A stretch of DNA of 32,000 bases, taken from Methylorubrum extorquens. Lineage in GTDB: Bacteria > Pseudomonadota > Alphaproteobacteria > Rhizobiales > Beijerinckiaceae. Where the stretch lies: NCBI GenBank assembly GCA_900234795.1, contig LT962688.1, positions 1,650,001-1,682,000 of the forward strand, given 5' to 3'. The stretch's first letter is position 1; every line of letters begins with the position of its first letter. Shown piece after piece: positions 17,977 through 26,780 of this stretch. The notes beneath the pieces were generated by a model. The model saw only the letters and a program-made list of their open reading frames with translations. It had not been told where the DNA came from and did no database searches. The position numbers and the translations under genes are program-made.

Positions 17977-18783
17977 ATGGACTTGGCCTTGCCCGCGACC
18001 GACCCTCTCGCCCCGGAATCCATCCTCGCCTTTGCCGCCGAACTGGCCGAGGCCGCGCGCCCGATCGCGCTCGCCTATTTCCGCACCCCGCTCGACATCG
18101 TGACGAAGGCCGACGAGAGCCCGGTGACGTTGGCCGATCGCGCCATCGAGGTGCGCCTGCGCGGCCTGATCGAGGCGCGGTTTCCCGATCACGGCATCTT
18201 CGGCGAGGAGATGGGAGTGAAGCCCGGAGCCACGCCCGGCAGCGGCCCGGTCTGGGTGATCGACCCGATCGACGGCACCAAGAGCTTCGTCACCGGCTTG
18301 CCGCTGTTCGGCACCCTGGTCGCCTTCCTCGACGGTGGCGTACCGCTCGTCGGGCTGATCGACATGCCGGCTTTGGGCGAGCGCTGGACCGGCGTGCCGG
18401 GGCAGGCGCGGTTCGGGGCCGAGCCCGCCCGCACCAGCACCTGCCGGAGCCTGTCCGCGGCGCGCTTCTTCACCACCTCGCCCGAGGGCTTCACCGGGGC
18501 GGACGAGGCACGCTACCGCCGTCTCAGCGCAGCGACAGCCCTGCGCCGCTTCGGCGGCGATTGCTACGCCTACGGCCTGCTGGCCTCCGGCCATTGCGAC
18601 CTGATCGCCGAGACCGGCCTGCAACCTTACGATTACATGGCGCTGGTGCCGGTGATCCGCGCGGCGGGCGGGGTCATCACCGACTGGAGCGGCGAAGATC
18701 TCACCCTCGCTTCCGACGGGCGGGTGCTCGCGGCGGCGACGCCGGACCTGCACGCCGAGGCTTTGGCGATCCTGCGGGCGTAG
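17977..18783 (+). CDS. Inositol-monophosphatase-fold phosphatase, HisN (histidinol-phosphatase)-like
   Basis: Motifs KADESPVTLADRAIE, FGEEMG, WVIDPIDGTKSFVTGLPLFGTLVA and GDCYAYGLLASGHCDL. It starts 3 nt after the kinase 2 stop. Confidence 0.8.
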   Translation: MDLALPATDPLAPESILAFAAELAEAARPIALAYFRTPLDIVTKADESPVTLADRAIEVRLRGLIEARFPDHGIFGEEMGVKPGATPGSGPVWVIDPIDGTKSFVTGLPLFGTLVAFLDGGVPLVGLIDMPALGERWTGVPGQARFGAEPARTSTCRSLSAARFFTTSPEGFTGADEARYRRLSAATALRRFGGDCYAYGLLASGHCDLIAETGLQPYDYMALVPVIRAAGGVITDWSGEDLTLASDGRVLAAATPDLHAEALAILRA

Positions 18784-18907
18784 GGAGACCTGAGACCGCC
18801 GGCTTCCCCGCGTCGCGGTTTGCCAAGGGGATGTCGCTGAGGTGGAAGCGACGGGGCCCCCGCCGAACAATAATTCCCGACAGCCAGATACGGCTCGGGA
18901 GGTCCCC

Positions 18908-20167
18908 ATGCTCGATGTGACGCCGACCCCGCTTCAGCGCCTGCTGCGCGAGCGTCGCCCCGGCTACACTCTCGCGGCCCCGTTCTACCTCAGCCCCGAG
19001 GTGTTCGAGGCCGACATGGAGATCATCTTCGGCCGCCACTGGATCTATGTCGGCGTCGAGCCCGACGTGCCGGAGGCCGGCGACGTCATGGTCGTCGAGA
19101 TCGGCAAGACCTCGGTCGCGATCGTGCGCGACGACGACAACGCGATCCGCGCCTTCCACAATGTCTGCCGCCATCGCGGCGCCCGGCTCGTCCATGACGA
19201 GAAGTCCACGGTCGGCAACCTCGTCTGCCGCTACCATTCCTGGACCTACGACCTCACCGGCAACCTGATCCATGCCGAGCATATGGGTCCGGACTTCAAG
19301 AAGAGCTGCCACGGCCTCAAGCCCGTGCACATCCGCTCGCTCGCGGGCCTGCTGTTCATCTGCCTCGCCGACCAGCCCCCGGCCGATTTCGACGAGATGG
19401 CCGCAAAGCTTGGTCCCTATATCGAGCCGCACAACGTGCGCGACACCAAGGTCGCCTTCCAGAAGGACATCATCGAGCCCGGCAACTGGAAGCTCACGAT
19501 GGAGAACAACCGCGAGTGCTACCATTGCGGGGCCAACCATCCCGAGCTGACCGTGCCGCTCTTCGCCTACGGCTTCGGCTTCGCGCCCGAGGAGATGGAC
19601 GAGCACGACCGCGCCAACGCCGAGCGCTACGGCTGCCTGCTCAAGACCCGCCACGGCGAGTGGGAGGCGGAAGGCCTGCCGTCGAAGGAGATCGACGAGC
19701 TCGACACGATGATCACGGGCTTCCGCACCGAGCGGCTGCCGCTCGACGGCGAGGGCGAGTCCCACACCCTCGACACCAAGGCCGCCTGCAAGCGGCTGCT
19801 CGGCAACCTCACCAGCGCCAAGCTCGGCGGGCTCTCGGTCTGGACGCAGCCGAATTCCTGGCACCACTTCCTCGGCGACCACATCGTCACCTTCTCGGTG
19901 CTGCCGCTCGATGCCGAGCGCTCGCTGCTGCGCACCAAGTGGCTCGTGCACAAGGATGCGGTCGAGGGCGTCGATTACGATCTCGCCAACCTCACCGGCG
20001 TCTGGGAAGCCACGAACGATCAGGACAGCGAACTCGTCGGCATCTGCCAGCAGGGTGTGGCGAGCCCGGCCTACGAGCCCGGCCCCTACTCGCCGCATAC
20101 CGAGATGCTCGTGGAGAAGTTCTGCAACTGGTATGTCGGCCGCATGGCCGCGCATCTGGGACGCTGA
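18908..20167 (+). CDS. gbcA: Rieske [2Fe-2S] glycine-betaine monooxygenase/demethylase, oxygenase component
   Basis: ATG 18908 has GGGAGG upstream. Rieske motif CRHRG...CRYHSW. Catalytic-domain motifs NWKLTMENNRECYHCGANHPEL and TKWLVHKDAVEGVDYD match my recollection of Pseudomonas GbcA. Confidence 0.8.
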   Translation: MLDVTPTPLQRLLRERRPGYTLAAPFYLSPEVFEADMEIIFGRHWIYVGVEPDVPEAGDVMVVEIGKTSVAIVRDDDNAIRAFHNVCRHRGARLVHDEKSTVGNLVCRYHSWTYDLTGNLIHAEHMGPDFKKSCHGLKPVHIRSLAGLLFICLADQPPADFDEMAAKLGPYIEPHNVRDTKVAFQKDIIEPGNWKLTMENNRECYHCGANHPELTVPLFAYGFGFAPEEMDEHDRANAERYGCLLKTRHGEWEAEGLPSKEIDELDTMITGFRTERLPLDGEGESHTLDTKAACKRLLGNLTSAKLGGLSVWTQPNSWHHFLGDHIVTFSVLPLDAERSLLRTKWLVHKDAVEGVDYDLANLTGVWEATNDQDSELVGICQQGVASPAYEPGPYSPHTEMLVEKFCNWYVGRMAAHLGR

Positions 20168-20170
20168 GCC

Positions 20171-21298
20171 ATGGCCCCGGCCTCCTCCGAACCGGCCGCC
20201 CGGCGGCTGGCGGCCTCCGCGCCCTGGGATGCGGAGGCCGACGACGCATTGGTCTGCCTCGCGGTGCGCGACGAGACGCACGACGTGAAGACCTTCGTGC
20301 TGGCGCCGAAGGAGCCCCGGCTCTTCGCCTACGCGCCGGGCCAGTTCCTGACCTTCTCGTTCGAGATCGGCGGCGAGACCATCCACCGCTGCTACACCAT
20401 CTCCTCGGCCCCGACCCGGCCGCACGCGGTCTCGTTCACGGTCAAGCGCGTGCCCGGCGGCCCGGTCTCGAACTGGCTGCACGACACTCTCAAGCCCGGC
20501 GACACCGTGCGCGCGCTCGGACCGATGGGCGAGTTCTCCTGCTTCACCCACCCGGCCCCAAAATACCTGCTCCTGTCCGGCGGCAGCGGCGTGACGCCGA
20601 TGATGTCGATGGCGCGCAGCTTCCACGATCTGGGCGAAGCCCGCGACGTCGCCTTCGTCCATTCCGCCCGCTCGCCCGCCGACATCGTGTTCCGGGGTGA
20701 ACTGGAGACGATGGCCCGGCTCGATCCCGCCTTCCGCTTCCACGCGGTCTGCGAGACCGATTCCCCCAACGAGACTTGGGCGGGTCCGAAGGGCCGGCTC
20801 TCGCTCGACACCTTGCGTGACGCCGTGCCCGACTTCCTCGAGCGCGAAATCTTCGTCTGCGGCCCGAAGCCCTACATGGACGCGGTGCGGGCCATGCTGA
20901 AGGATGCGGGCTTTGACATGGCCCGGCACCATCAGGAGAGCTTCGACTTCGGCGAGCTGCCGGAGGCCGAGCAGGAAGCCGCGGCGGAAGCCGAGAAGGC
21001 CCTCGACGCCGAGGCCGCGCCCGCGGGCGGCGTGCGCATCTTCCGGGTGGAGTTCGCCAAGACCCGCCGCGTGCTCGAATGCCCGGAGAACGAGACCGTG
21101 CTCGACGCCGCCCGCAAGGCCGGTATCCGCCTGCCCTCCTCCTGCGCCAAGGGCCTGTGCGGCACCTGCAAGTCGAAGCTGACCGCCGGCACCGTCGCCA
21201 TGACCCATGCCGGCGGCATCCGTCAGCGCGAGATCGATGCCGGCATGGCGCTGCTGTGCTGCTCGAAGCCGACCAGCGACCTCGTCGTCGAACGCTGA
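20171..21298 (+). CDS. gbcB: Glycine-betaine monooxygenase reductase component (FAD/NAD-binding ferredoxin reductase fused to a 2Fe-2S ferredoxin)
   Basis: RCYTISS flavin motif, LLLSGGSGVTPMMSM NAD motif, and a C-terminal plant-type ferredoxin (CAKGLCGTCKSKL...LCCS). It starts 3 nt after gbcA. Confidence 0.8.
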   Translation: MAPASSEPAARRLAASAPWDAEADDALVCLAVRDETHDVKTFVLAPKEPRLFAYAPGQFLTFSFEIGGETIHRCYTISSAPTRPHAVSFTVKRVPGGPVSNWLHDTLKPGDTVRALGPMGEFSCFTHPAPKYLLLSGGSGVTPMMSMARSFHDLGEARDVAFVHSARSPADIVFRGELETMARLDPAFRFHAVCETDSPNETWAGPKGRLSLDTLRDAVPDFLEREIFVCGPKPYMDAVRAMLKDAGFDMARHHQESFDFGELPEAEQEAAAEAEKALDAEAAPAGGVRIFRVEFAKTRRVLECPENETVLDAARKAGIRLPSSCAKGLCGTCKSKLTAGTVAMTHAGGIRQREIDAGMALLCCSKPTSDLVVER

Positions 21299-21360
21299 AC
21301 GGGCGGGCTCGGCCCCGTCCGCGACCCCACGCTTTCCCCATCGCCTTCGGGAGTCGTCCC

Positions 21361-23490
21361 GTGATCGCCAATGCCGACGCGCTCTTGAAGCCGCTCACCA
21401 TCAAGGGCCTCACCATCCGCAACCGGGTGATGTCCACGAGCCACGCCCCCGGCTACGGCCGGGATGGCAAGCCGCAGGAGCGCTACCAGCTCTACCACGC
21501 CGAGAAGGCCAAGGGCGGCATCGGGCTGACCATGTTCGGCGGCTCCTCCTCGGTCGCGGTCGACAGCCCCGCCGCGCCCTGGAACCAGATCTCGGTCGCC
21601 GACGACTCGGTGATCCCGTTCTTCCAGCAGTTCTCGGACCGGGTGCACGCGCATGGCGGCAAGCTGATGATTCAGCTCACCCATATGGGCCGGCGCACCA
21701 AGTGGGACACCGAGCACTGGCTCCCCACCGTCTCGCCCTCGCCCCGGCGCGAGCCCGCCTCCCGCACCATCCCGAAGGAGATGGAGGCGGAGGACATCGC
21801 CCGCATCGTCAAGAGCTTCGCCCAGGCCGCGCGCCGCTGCCGCGAGGGCGGGCTCGACGGCTGCGAGGTCTCGGCCGCCCACGGCCACCTGATCGACCAG
21901 TTCTGGTCGCCGTCGGTCAACCAGCGCACCGACCGATACGGCGGCAGCCTGGAGAACCGGATGCGCTTCGGCATCGAGGTGCTGGAGGCCATGCGCGCGG
22001 AAGCGGGCGACGACTACGTCATCGGCATCCGCATGTCCGGCGACGAGATGATCGCCGACGGCCTCAGCCAGGAGGACTGCGTCACGATCGCGAGCGAGTA
22101 CGCCCGGCGCGGTCTCGTGGACTTCCTCAACATCCTCGGCGGGCAGGCGCGCGACCACATCGCCCACGCGATCTCGCTGCCGAACATGTCCTTCCCGGTC
22201 GCGCCGTTCCTGTTCCTGCCGAGCGCGATCAAGCGCGAGGTCGACGTGCCGGTGTTCCACGCTCAGCGCGTCACCGATCTCGCCACCGCCGCCCGCGCGG
22301 TCGCGGAGGGCCATGTCGACATGGTGGCGATGACGCGCGCCCACATCGCCGACCCGCATCTCGTCAAGAAGCTCTCCGAGGGCCGGGCCGACGACATCCG
22401 CCAATGCGTCGGCGCGGGCTACTGCATCGACCGGATCTATGTCGGCGGCGACGCGCTCTGCATCCAGAACGCCGCCACCGGCCGCGAGGCGACGATGCCG
22501 CACGAGATCCGCAAGGCGGATCTGCGCCGCCGGGTCGTGGTGATCGGCGCCGGCCCCGGCGGCCTCGAGGCCGCCCGCGTCTGCGCCGAGCGCGGCCACG
22601 CGGTCGTGCTGTTCGAGAAGAGCGGGCAGGCCGGCGGTCAGATCGGCATCGCGGCCAAGGCCGGCTGGCGCGAGGCGATGTCGGGCATCACCCGCTGGCT
22701 CGTCGCCCAGGTGACCAAGCTCGGCGTCGATCTGCGCCTCAACACCGAGGCGACGGAAGAGGCCGTGCTCGCCGAGAAGCCGGACGTGGTCATCGTCGCC
22801 ACCGGCGGCACGCCCTTCCGCGGCCACGCCAAGGGCGCCGCGCAGCACGCGGTCACCACCGCCGAGGTTCTGGCCGGCGCGGTCGAGCCGACCGGCTCGG
22901 TCCTGCTCTACGACGAGATGGGCCAGCACAATGCGGCCTCGGTGGCCGAGCAATTGGCCAAGCGCGGCTGCCTCGTGGAGATCGCCACCCACGACCGCAT
23001 GGTGGCCGAGGAGGTCGGCACCACCAACCAGCCGATCCACCTGCGCGAACTCTACAAGCTCGGCGTGGTGATGAGCCCGAACCTGGAGCTGATCGAGATC
23101 TATCCCGAGGGCAACCGCTTCGTCGCGGCGTTGCGCAACACCATGACCGACGCCGAGGAGGAGCGCCTTGTCGATCGCATCATCGTCGATCACGGCACGC
23201 TGCCGGTCGATGCGCTCTACCACGGCTTGAAGGAGGCCTCGGTCAACCGGGGTCAGACCGACCCGGACGCGCTGATCCGCGGCGAGCCGCAGCCCTACGA
23301 TCTGTCGAAGGGCTACGCGCTCTACCGCATCGGCGACGCGGTGGCCGGCCGCAACATCCACGCGGCGATCTACGACGCCCTGCGGCTGTGCAAGGACCTT
23401 TTGATTGGGTTCCCCCCCGCACGCGGGGAGAGGGTCGCGGGCACCCTGTCGTGCCTGCGGGAAGCGGAGGCGAAGCCGGAGCGGCGGTGA
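21361..23490 (+). CDS. dgcA: Dimethylglycine demethylase subunit A (OYE-like NADH:flavin oxidoreductase fused to an FAD/NAD(P) domain); the 3' end runs into a repeat
   Basis: GTG 21361 has GGGAG upstream. N-terminal TIM-barrel flavin domain (LTIRNRVMSTSH..., HGHLIDQFWSPSVNQRTDRYGGS). Dinucleotide fold VVVIGAGPGGLEAA. Paired with a dgcB-like gene and ETF genes as in Pseudomonas dgcAB. The last ~26 codons (FPPARGERVAGTLSCLREAEAKPERR) lie in the palindromic element. Confidence 0.8.
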   Translation: MIANADALLKPLTIKGLTIRNRVMSTSHAPGYGRDGKPQERYQLYHAEKAKGGIGLTMFGGSSSVAVDSPAAPWNQISVADDSVIPFFQQFSDRVHAHGGKLMIQLTHMGRRTKWDTEHWLPTVSPSPRREPASRTIPKEMEAEDIARIVKSFAQAARRCREGGLDGCEVSAAHGHLIDQFWSPSVNQRTDRYGGSLENRMRFGIEVLEAMRAEAGDDYVIGIRMSGDEMIADGLSQEDCVTIASEYARRGLVDFLNILGGQARDHIAHAISLPNMSFPVAPFLFLPSAIKREVDVPVFHAQRVTDLATAARAVAEGHVDMVAMTRAHIADPHLVKKLSEGRADDIRQCVGAGYCIDRIYVGGDALCIQNAATGREATMPHEIRKADLRRRVVVIGAGPGGLEAARVCAERGHAVVLFEKSGQAGGQIGIAAKAGWREAMSGITRWLVAQVTKLGVDLRLNTEATEEAVLAEKPDVVIVATGGTPFRGHAKGAAQHAVTTAEVLAGAVEPTGSVLLYDEMGQHNAASVAEQLAKRGCLVEIATHDRMVAEEVGTTNQPIHLRELYKLGVVMSPNLELIEIYPEGNRFVAALRNTMTDAEEERLVDRIIVDHGTLPVDALYHGLKEASVNRGQTDPDALIRGEPQPYDLSKGYALYRIGDAVAGRNIHAAIYDALRLCKDLLIGFPPARGERVAGTLSCLREAEAKPERR

Positions 23491-23600
23491 GGGGGCAGCT
23501 CAGGATGAGCCTCCTCCGGCCAGGCCCCCTCACCCTCGGCTGCCGCCTCGTCGCGCCGACGACAGGGTCGTCGCGACCCTCTCCCCGCGTGCGGGGAGAG
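23412..23600. repeat. Long palindromic intergenic element, family 2 (ctctccccgcgtgcggggagag type)
   Basis: Perfect 25-nt inverted arms at 23415-23439 and 23572-23596. Inner inverted pair ggtgagggggc (23486-96) and gccccctcacc (23524-34). A central gctca-gga-tgagc hairpin. Confidence 0.8.
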
Positions 23601-23662
23601 GGGGATGCACGGTCCTCGTAAGCCCCGTCCGGAACTGTCGCCCAGCCCGTAGGCCCACCGTC

Positions 23663-25562
23663 ATGACCAGCTTCGTGCCCCTGACCACGGTGTTTCCCGG
23701 CCTCGTCTGGCTGATGGCGGCGCTCGCCCTCGTTCAGGGCTTGCGCCGTGCCGCCCTCTGGCGCGTCGGCGCGTCGGCGCCGGTGGCGTGGCTCGACGGG
23801 CTCGCCAAGCTGCCCCGGCGCTACCTCGTCGATGTCCACCACGTCGTGGCGCGCGACGCCTACGCCTCGCGCATGCACGCGGTCGTGGCCGGCGGCCTGC
23901 TCGCGGCCTCGATCCTCACCGCGCTGGCGATCCTGCCGCCGCTGGCGGACTTCCGGCCCTACTGGTTCCTCGTGGCGCTCGCCTTCGGGGTCACGGCGAT
24001 CGGCTCGCTGTTCGTTGGCGCCCGGCGCTATCCGCAGAAGCAGAAGCGCCTCTCCGCCGGGCGTTTCCAGGTCCTGCCGTTCCTGCTCGTCGCCTACGCC
24101 GTCGGCGGCACGATCACCGCCCTCGTCCTCGCGCTCGGCGGCGGTGGCCTGCTCGGTTCCGTCGCGCTCGCGCTCGCGGCGGCCGGCGGGCTCGGCCTCG
24201 CCTTCGAGGTGCGCCACGGCCCGATGCGCCACGCGGCGGCCGGCGCGCTTCACCTCGTCGCCCATCCCCGGCCCGGCCGGTTCGAGGGCCGCCCCGACAC
24301 CGCGCTCCAGCCCCTCGACCTCGACGCGCCCCGCCTCGGTTCGGAGATGCCGGCCGACTTCACCTGGAACCGGCTCCTCTCCTACGACGCCTGCGTCAGT
24401 TGCGGGCGCTGCGAGACCGCCTGCCCGGCCTTCGCCGCCGGCCAGCCTCTGAATCCGAAGAAGCTGATCCAGGATCTCGTCGCCGGCCTCTCGCCGGCCG
24501 AGCCCGCCTATGCCGGCAACCCCTATCCCGGCGGCCGGGCGGCGGAGGGCGCGCGCGGGGCTTTGGCCCGGCTGATCGGGCCGGATGCGCGCATCCATCC
24601 CGACACGCTGTGGTCCTGCACCACCTGCCGCGCCTGCGTCGAGGAATGCCCGATGATGATCGAGCATGTCGATGCCGTGGTCTCCCTGCGCCGGCACGAG
24701 ACGCTGGAGCGCGGAGCGCTGCCCGAGAAGGCCGTCGTCCCGGTGACGGAGCTGCGCCAGTCCGGCGATCCCGGCGGGCGTCCGCTGGCCTCGCGCACCG
24801 ATTTTGCCGCCGGGCTCGACCTGCCGGGGATCGCGGACCGTGAGCCGGTCGATGTCCTGCTCTGGCTCGGCGAGGGCGCCTACGATCTGCGCTACGGCCG
24901 CTCTTTGCGGGCGCTGATCCGGCTCCTACGCGAGGCCGGGGTCGATTTCGCGGTGCTGGGTGTGGAGGAGCGCGACACCGGCGACCTCGCCCGGCGGCTC
25001 GGCGACGAGGCGACCTTCCAGGCGCTGGCGCGGGAGAACATCGCGACGCTTGGCCAATACCGCTTCAAGCGGATCGTCACCGCCGATCCGCACGCGCTGC
25101 ATGCCCTGCGCAACGAGTACCCGGCCTTCGGTGGCCACTACACCGTGACTCACCACACCGCCCTCCTGCTGGAGCTGATCCGGGCCGGCAAGCTCAATCC
25201 GGGCCGTCTGCCGGACCTTTCGGTCACCTATCACGACCCATGCTACCTCGCCCGCTACAACGGGGAGACCGAGGCGCCCCCGCGCGGTGCTCGACGCGAT
25301 CGGCGTCACCCGCCGCGAGATGACCCGGTCCGGGCGCCGGGCGATGTGCTGCGGCGGCGGCGGCGGCGCGCCGGTGAGCGACGTGCCGGGCGAGCGCCGC
25401 ATCCCCGACATCCGCATGGCTCAGGCCGCCGAGACCGGGGCCGGGATCGTCGCCGTCGCCTGCCCCTCCTGCACGGCGATGCTGGAGGGCGTGACCGACC
25501 GCAAGGCAGAGATCCGCGACGTGGCCGAACTCCTGCTCCAGGCGGTGGAGGCGGGCCGATGA
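23663..25562 (+). pseudogene. dgcB: Dimethylglycine demethylase subunit B (membrane-anchored Fe-S / CCG-domain oxidoreductase), one homopolymer frameshift
   Basis: The N-terminal ~220 aa are hydrophobic. Two 4Fe-4S motifs (CVSCGRCETACP, CTTCRACVEECP). The CCG domain is split: ...VTYHDPCYLARYNGETEAP, then the track ORF 25287..25562 (AVLDAIGV...AMCCGGGGG...ACPSCTAML). The break is at C5 25277-25281, and deleting one C restores the frame. Confidence 0.75.
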
Positions 25563-26780
25563 GCCGCCCGCGCCGCGATCCGCGGGCCGAGCGGGCGGCC
25601 TCCCTCGTCGCCGGCGAGGGCCCGCGCCCGCGCTACGACCGCACCCGCCGCGCGACCGCCTCCGGCCGGCCCCGCCGCGACCCGCGGGCCGAGCGCGAGG
25701 CGCAGCGCATCGGGGGCCTTGCGCGAGCGCGCTACGATCTCAGCCAGATCGGCCGCTCTGTCGGCGAGGCGGTCACCGCCGCAACTCGCGCTGCGCCCGT
25801 GGCCGAGGCGCCGAAGACGATCATCGTCGAGACGCCCGCCTTCCTCGTCGCGGTGGTGCCGGACGCCCCCGGCGGCCGCCTCTCGGGCCATGACCGGCAG
25901 GTGATCGGCGCGGCGCGCGCGCTGGCCGGGCGCGAGGGCGCCGTCGCGGTCATCGTGGAAGGGGAGTGCGAGGGGGCTGGGTGCAGCCGGCGCCGACCGG
26001 ATGCTCCGGCTCGAGCGCGCGGAGGGCTACGACCCGGCGGCCCGCGCCGCCCGCATCGAGGCCGCGCTCGCAGGCGTCGGGGCGCGTCACGTCCTGTTCC
26101 CGGAATCCCTCGATGGCGGCGATCTCGCCCGTCGCGTCGCGGTGGGCCTGAACGAGGCGCTGTTCACCAATGCCGAAGTGGTGGCCGCCAAGGGGCTGGT
26201 CCGCCCGGCCCGGGGCCGCCGGGTCGAGCAGAGCCTCGCCCCGCCCCGCCTCGCCACCGTGGCGCCGGACGCGGTCGCCGACTATGCGGGCCCGCCGCGG
26301 GAGGCGCGCGCCCTGCCCTTTGAGGCGTCTGCGCTGGAAACTCCGAAAAGCATCGTCTCGGCGATACGCATCCCGGCCGATCCCGCGACCGTGCCGCTCT
26401 CGCTCGCCGAGTTCGTGGTGTCGGCCGGCAACGGCCTCTCCGATCTCGACACCTTCCGCCAGGTGGTGGCGGCACTTCACGCGACACCCGGCGCCAGCCG
26501 CGTGCTGTGCGATTCCGGGCTGATGCCGCGCCATACCCAGGTTGGCGCCTCGGGCACGGTGCTCGCGGCGACCTGCTACTTCGCGCTCGGCATCTCCGGG
26601 GCGCCGCAGCATCTCCAGGGTGTGGCCGGCTGCGAGCACGTGGTGGCAGTCAACACCGATCTCCACGCGGCGATGATCGAGCGGGCCGGCCTCGCCGTGG
26701 TTCAGGACGCTCAGGCCGTAATGCCGGCCCTGCTGCGGCTGCTGGCGGAAGAGGCAGCCGGGTCGGGGACGGCGTCATGA
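25559..26780 (+). pseudogene. etfA: Electron-transfer flavoprotein alpha-subunit-like, with an Arg-rich repeated N-terminal extension and one homopolymer frameshift
   Basis: ATGA overlap with dgcB. The N-terminal part is in the frame of track ORF 23405..26323 (MSRPRRDPRAER...AVAVIVEGECEG). The remainder is track ORF 26001..26780 (LGAAGADRMLRLE...GISGAPQHLQGVAGCEHVVAVNTDLHAAM). The break is at G5 25972-25976. Confidence 0.7.

Noticed and set aside
1247-25976. Programmed ribosomal frameshifting or transcriptional slippage as the explanation for the frame breaks
   Set aside because: There are no slippery heptamers and no downstream pseudoknot-like context. The breaks occur in unrelated housekeeping-type genes where single-frame orthologues are the norm. 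Simple G/C runs of 4-6 fit indel error or mutation better.
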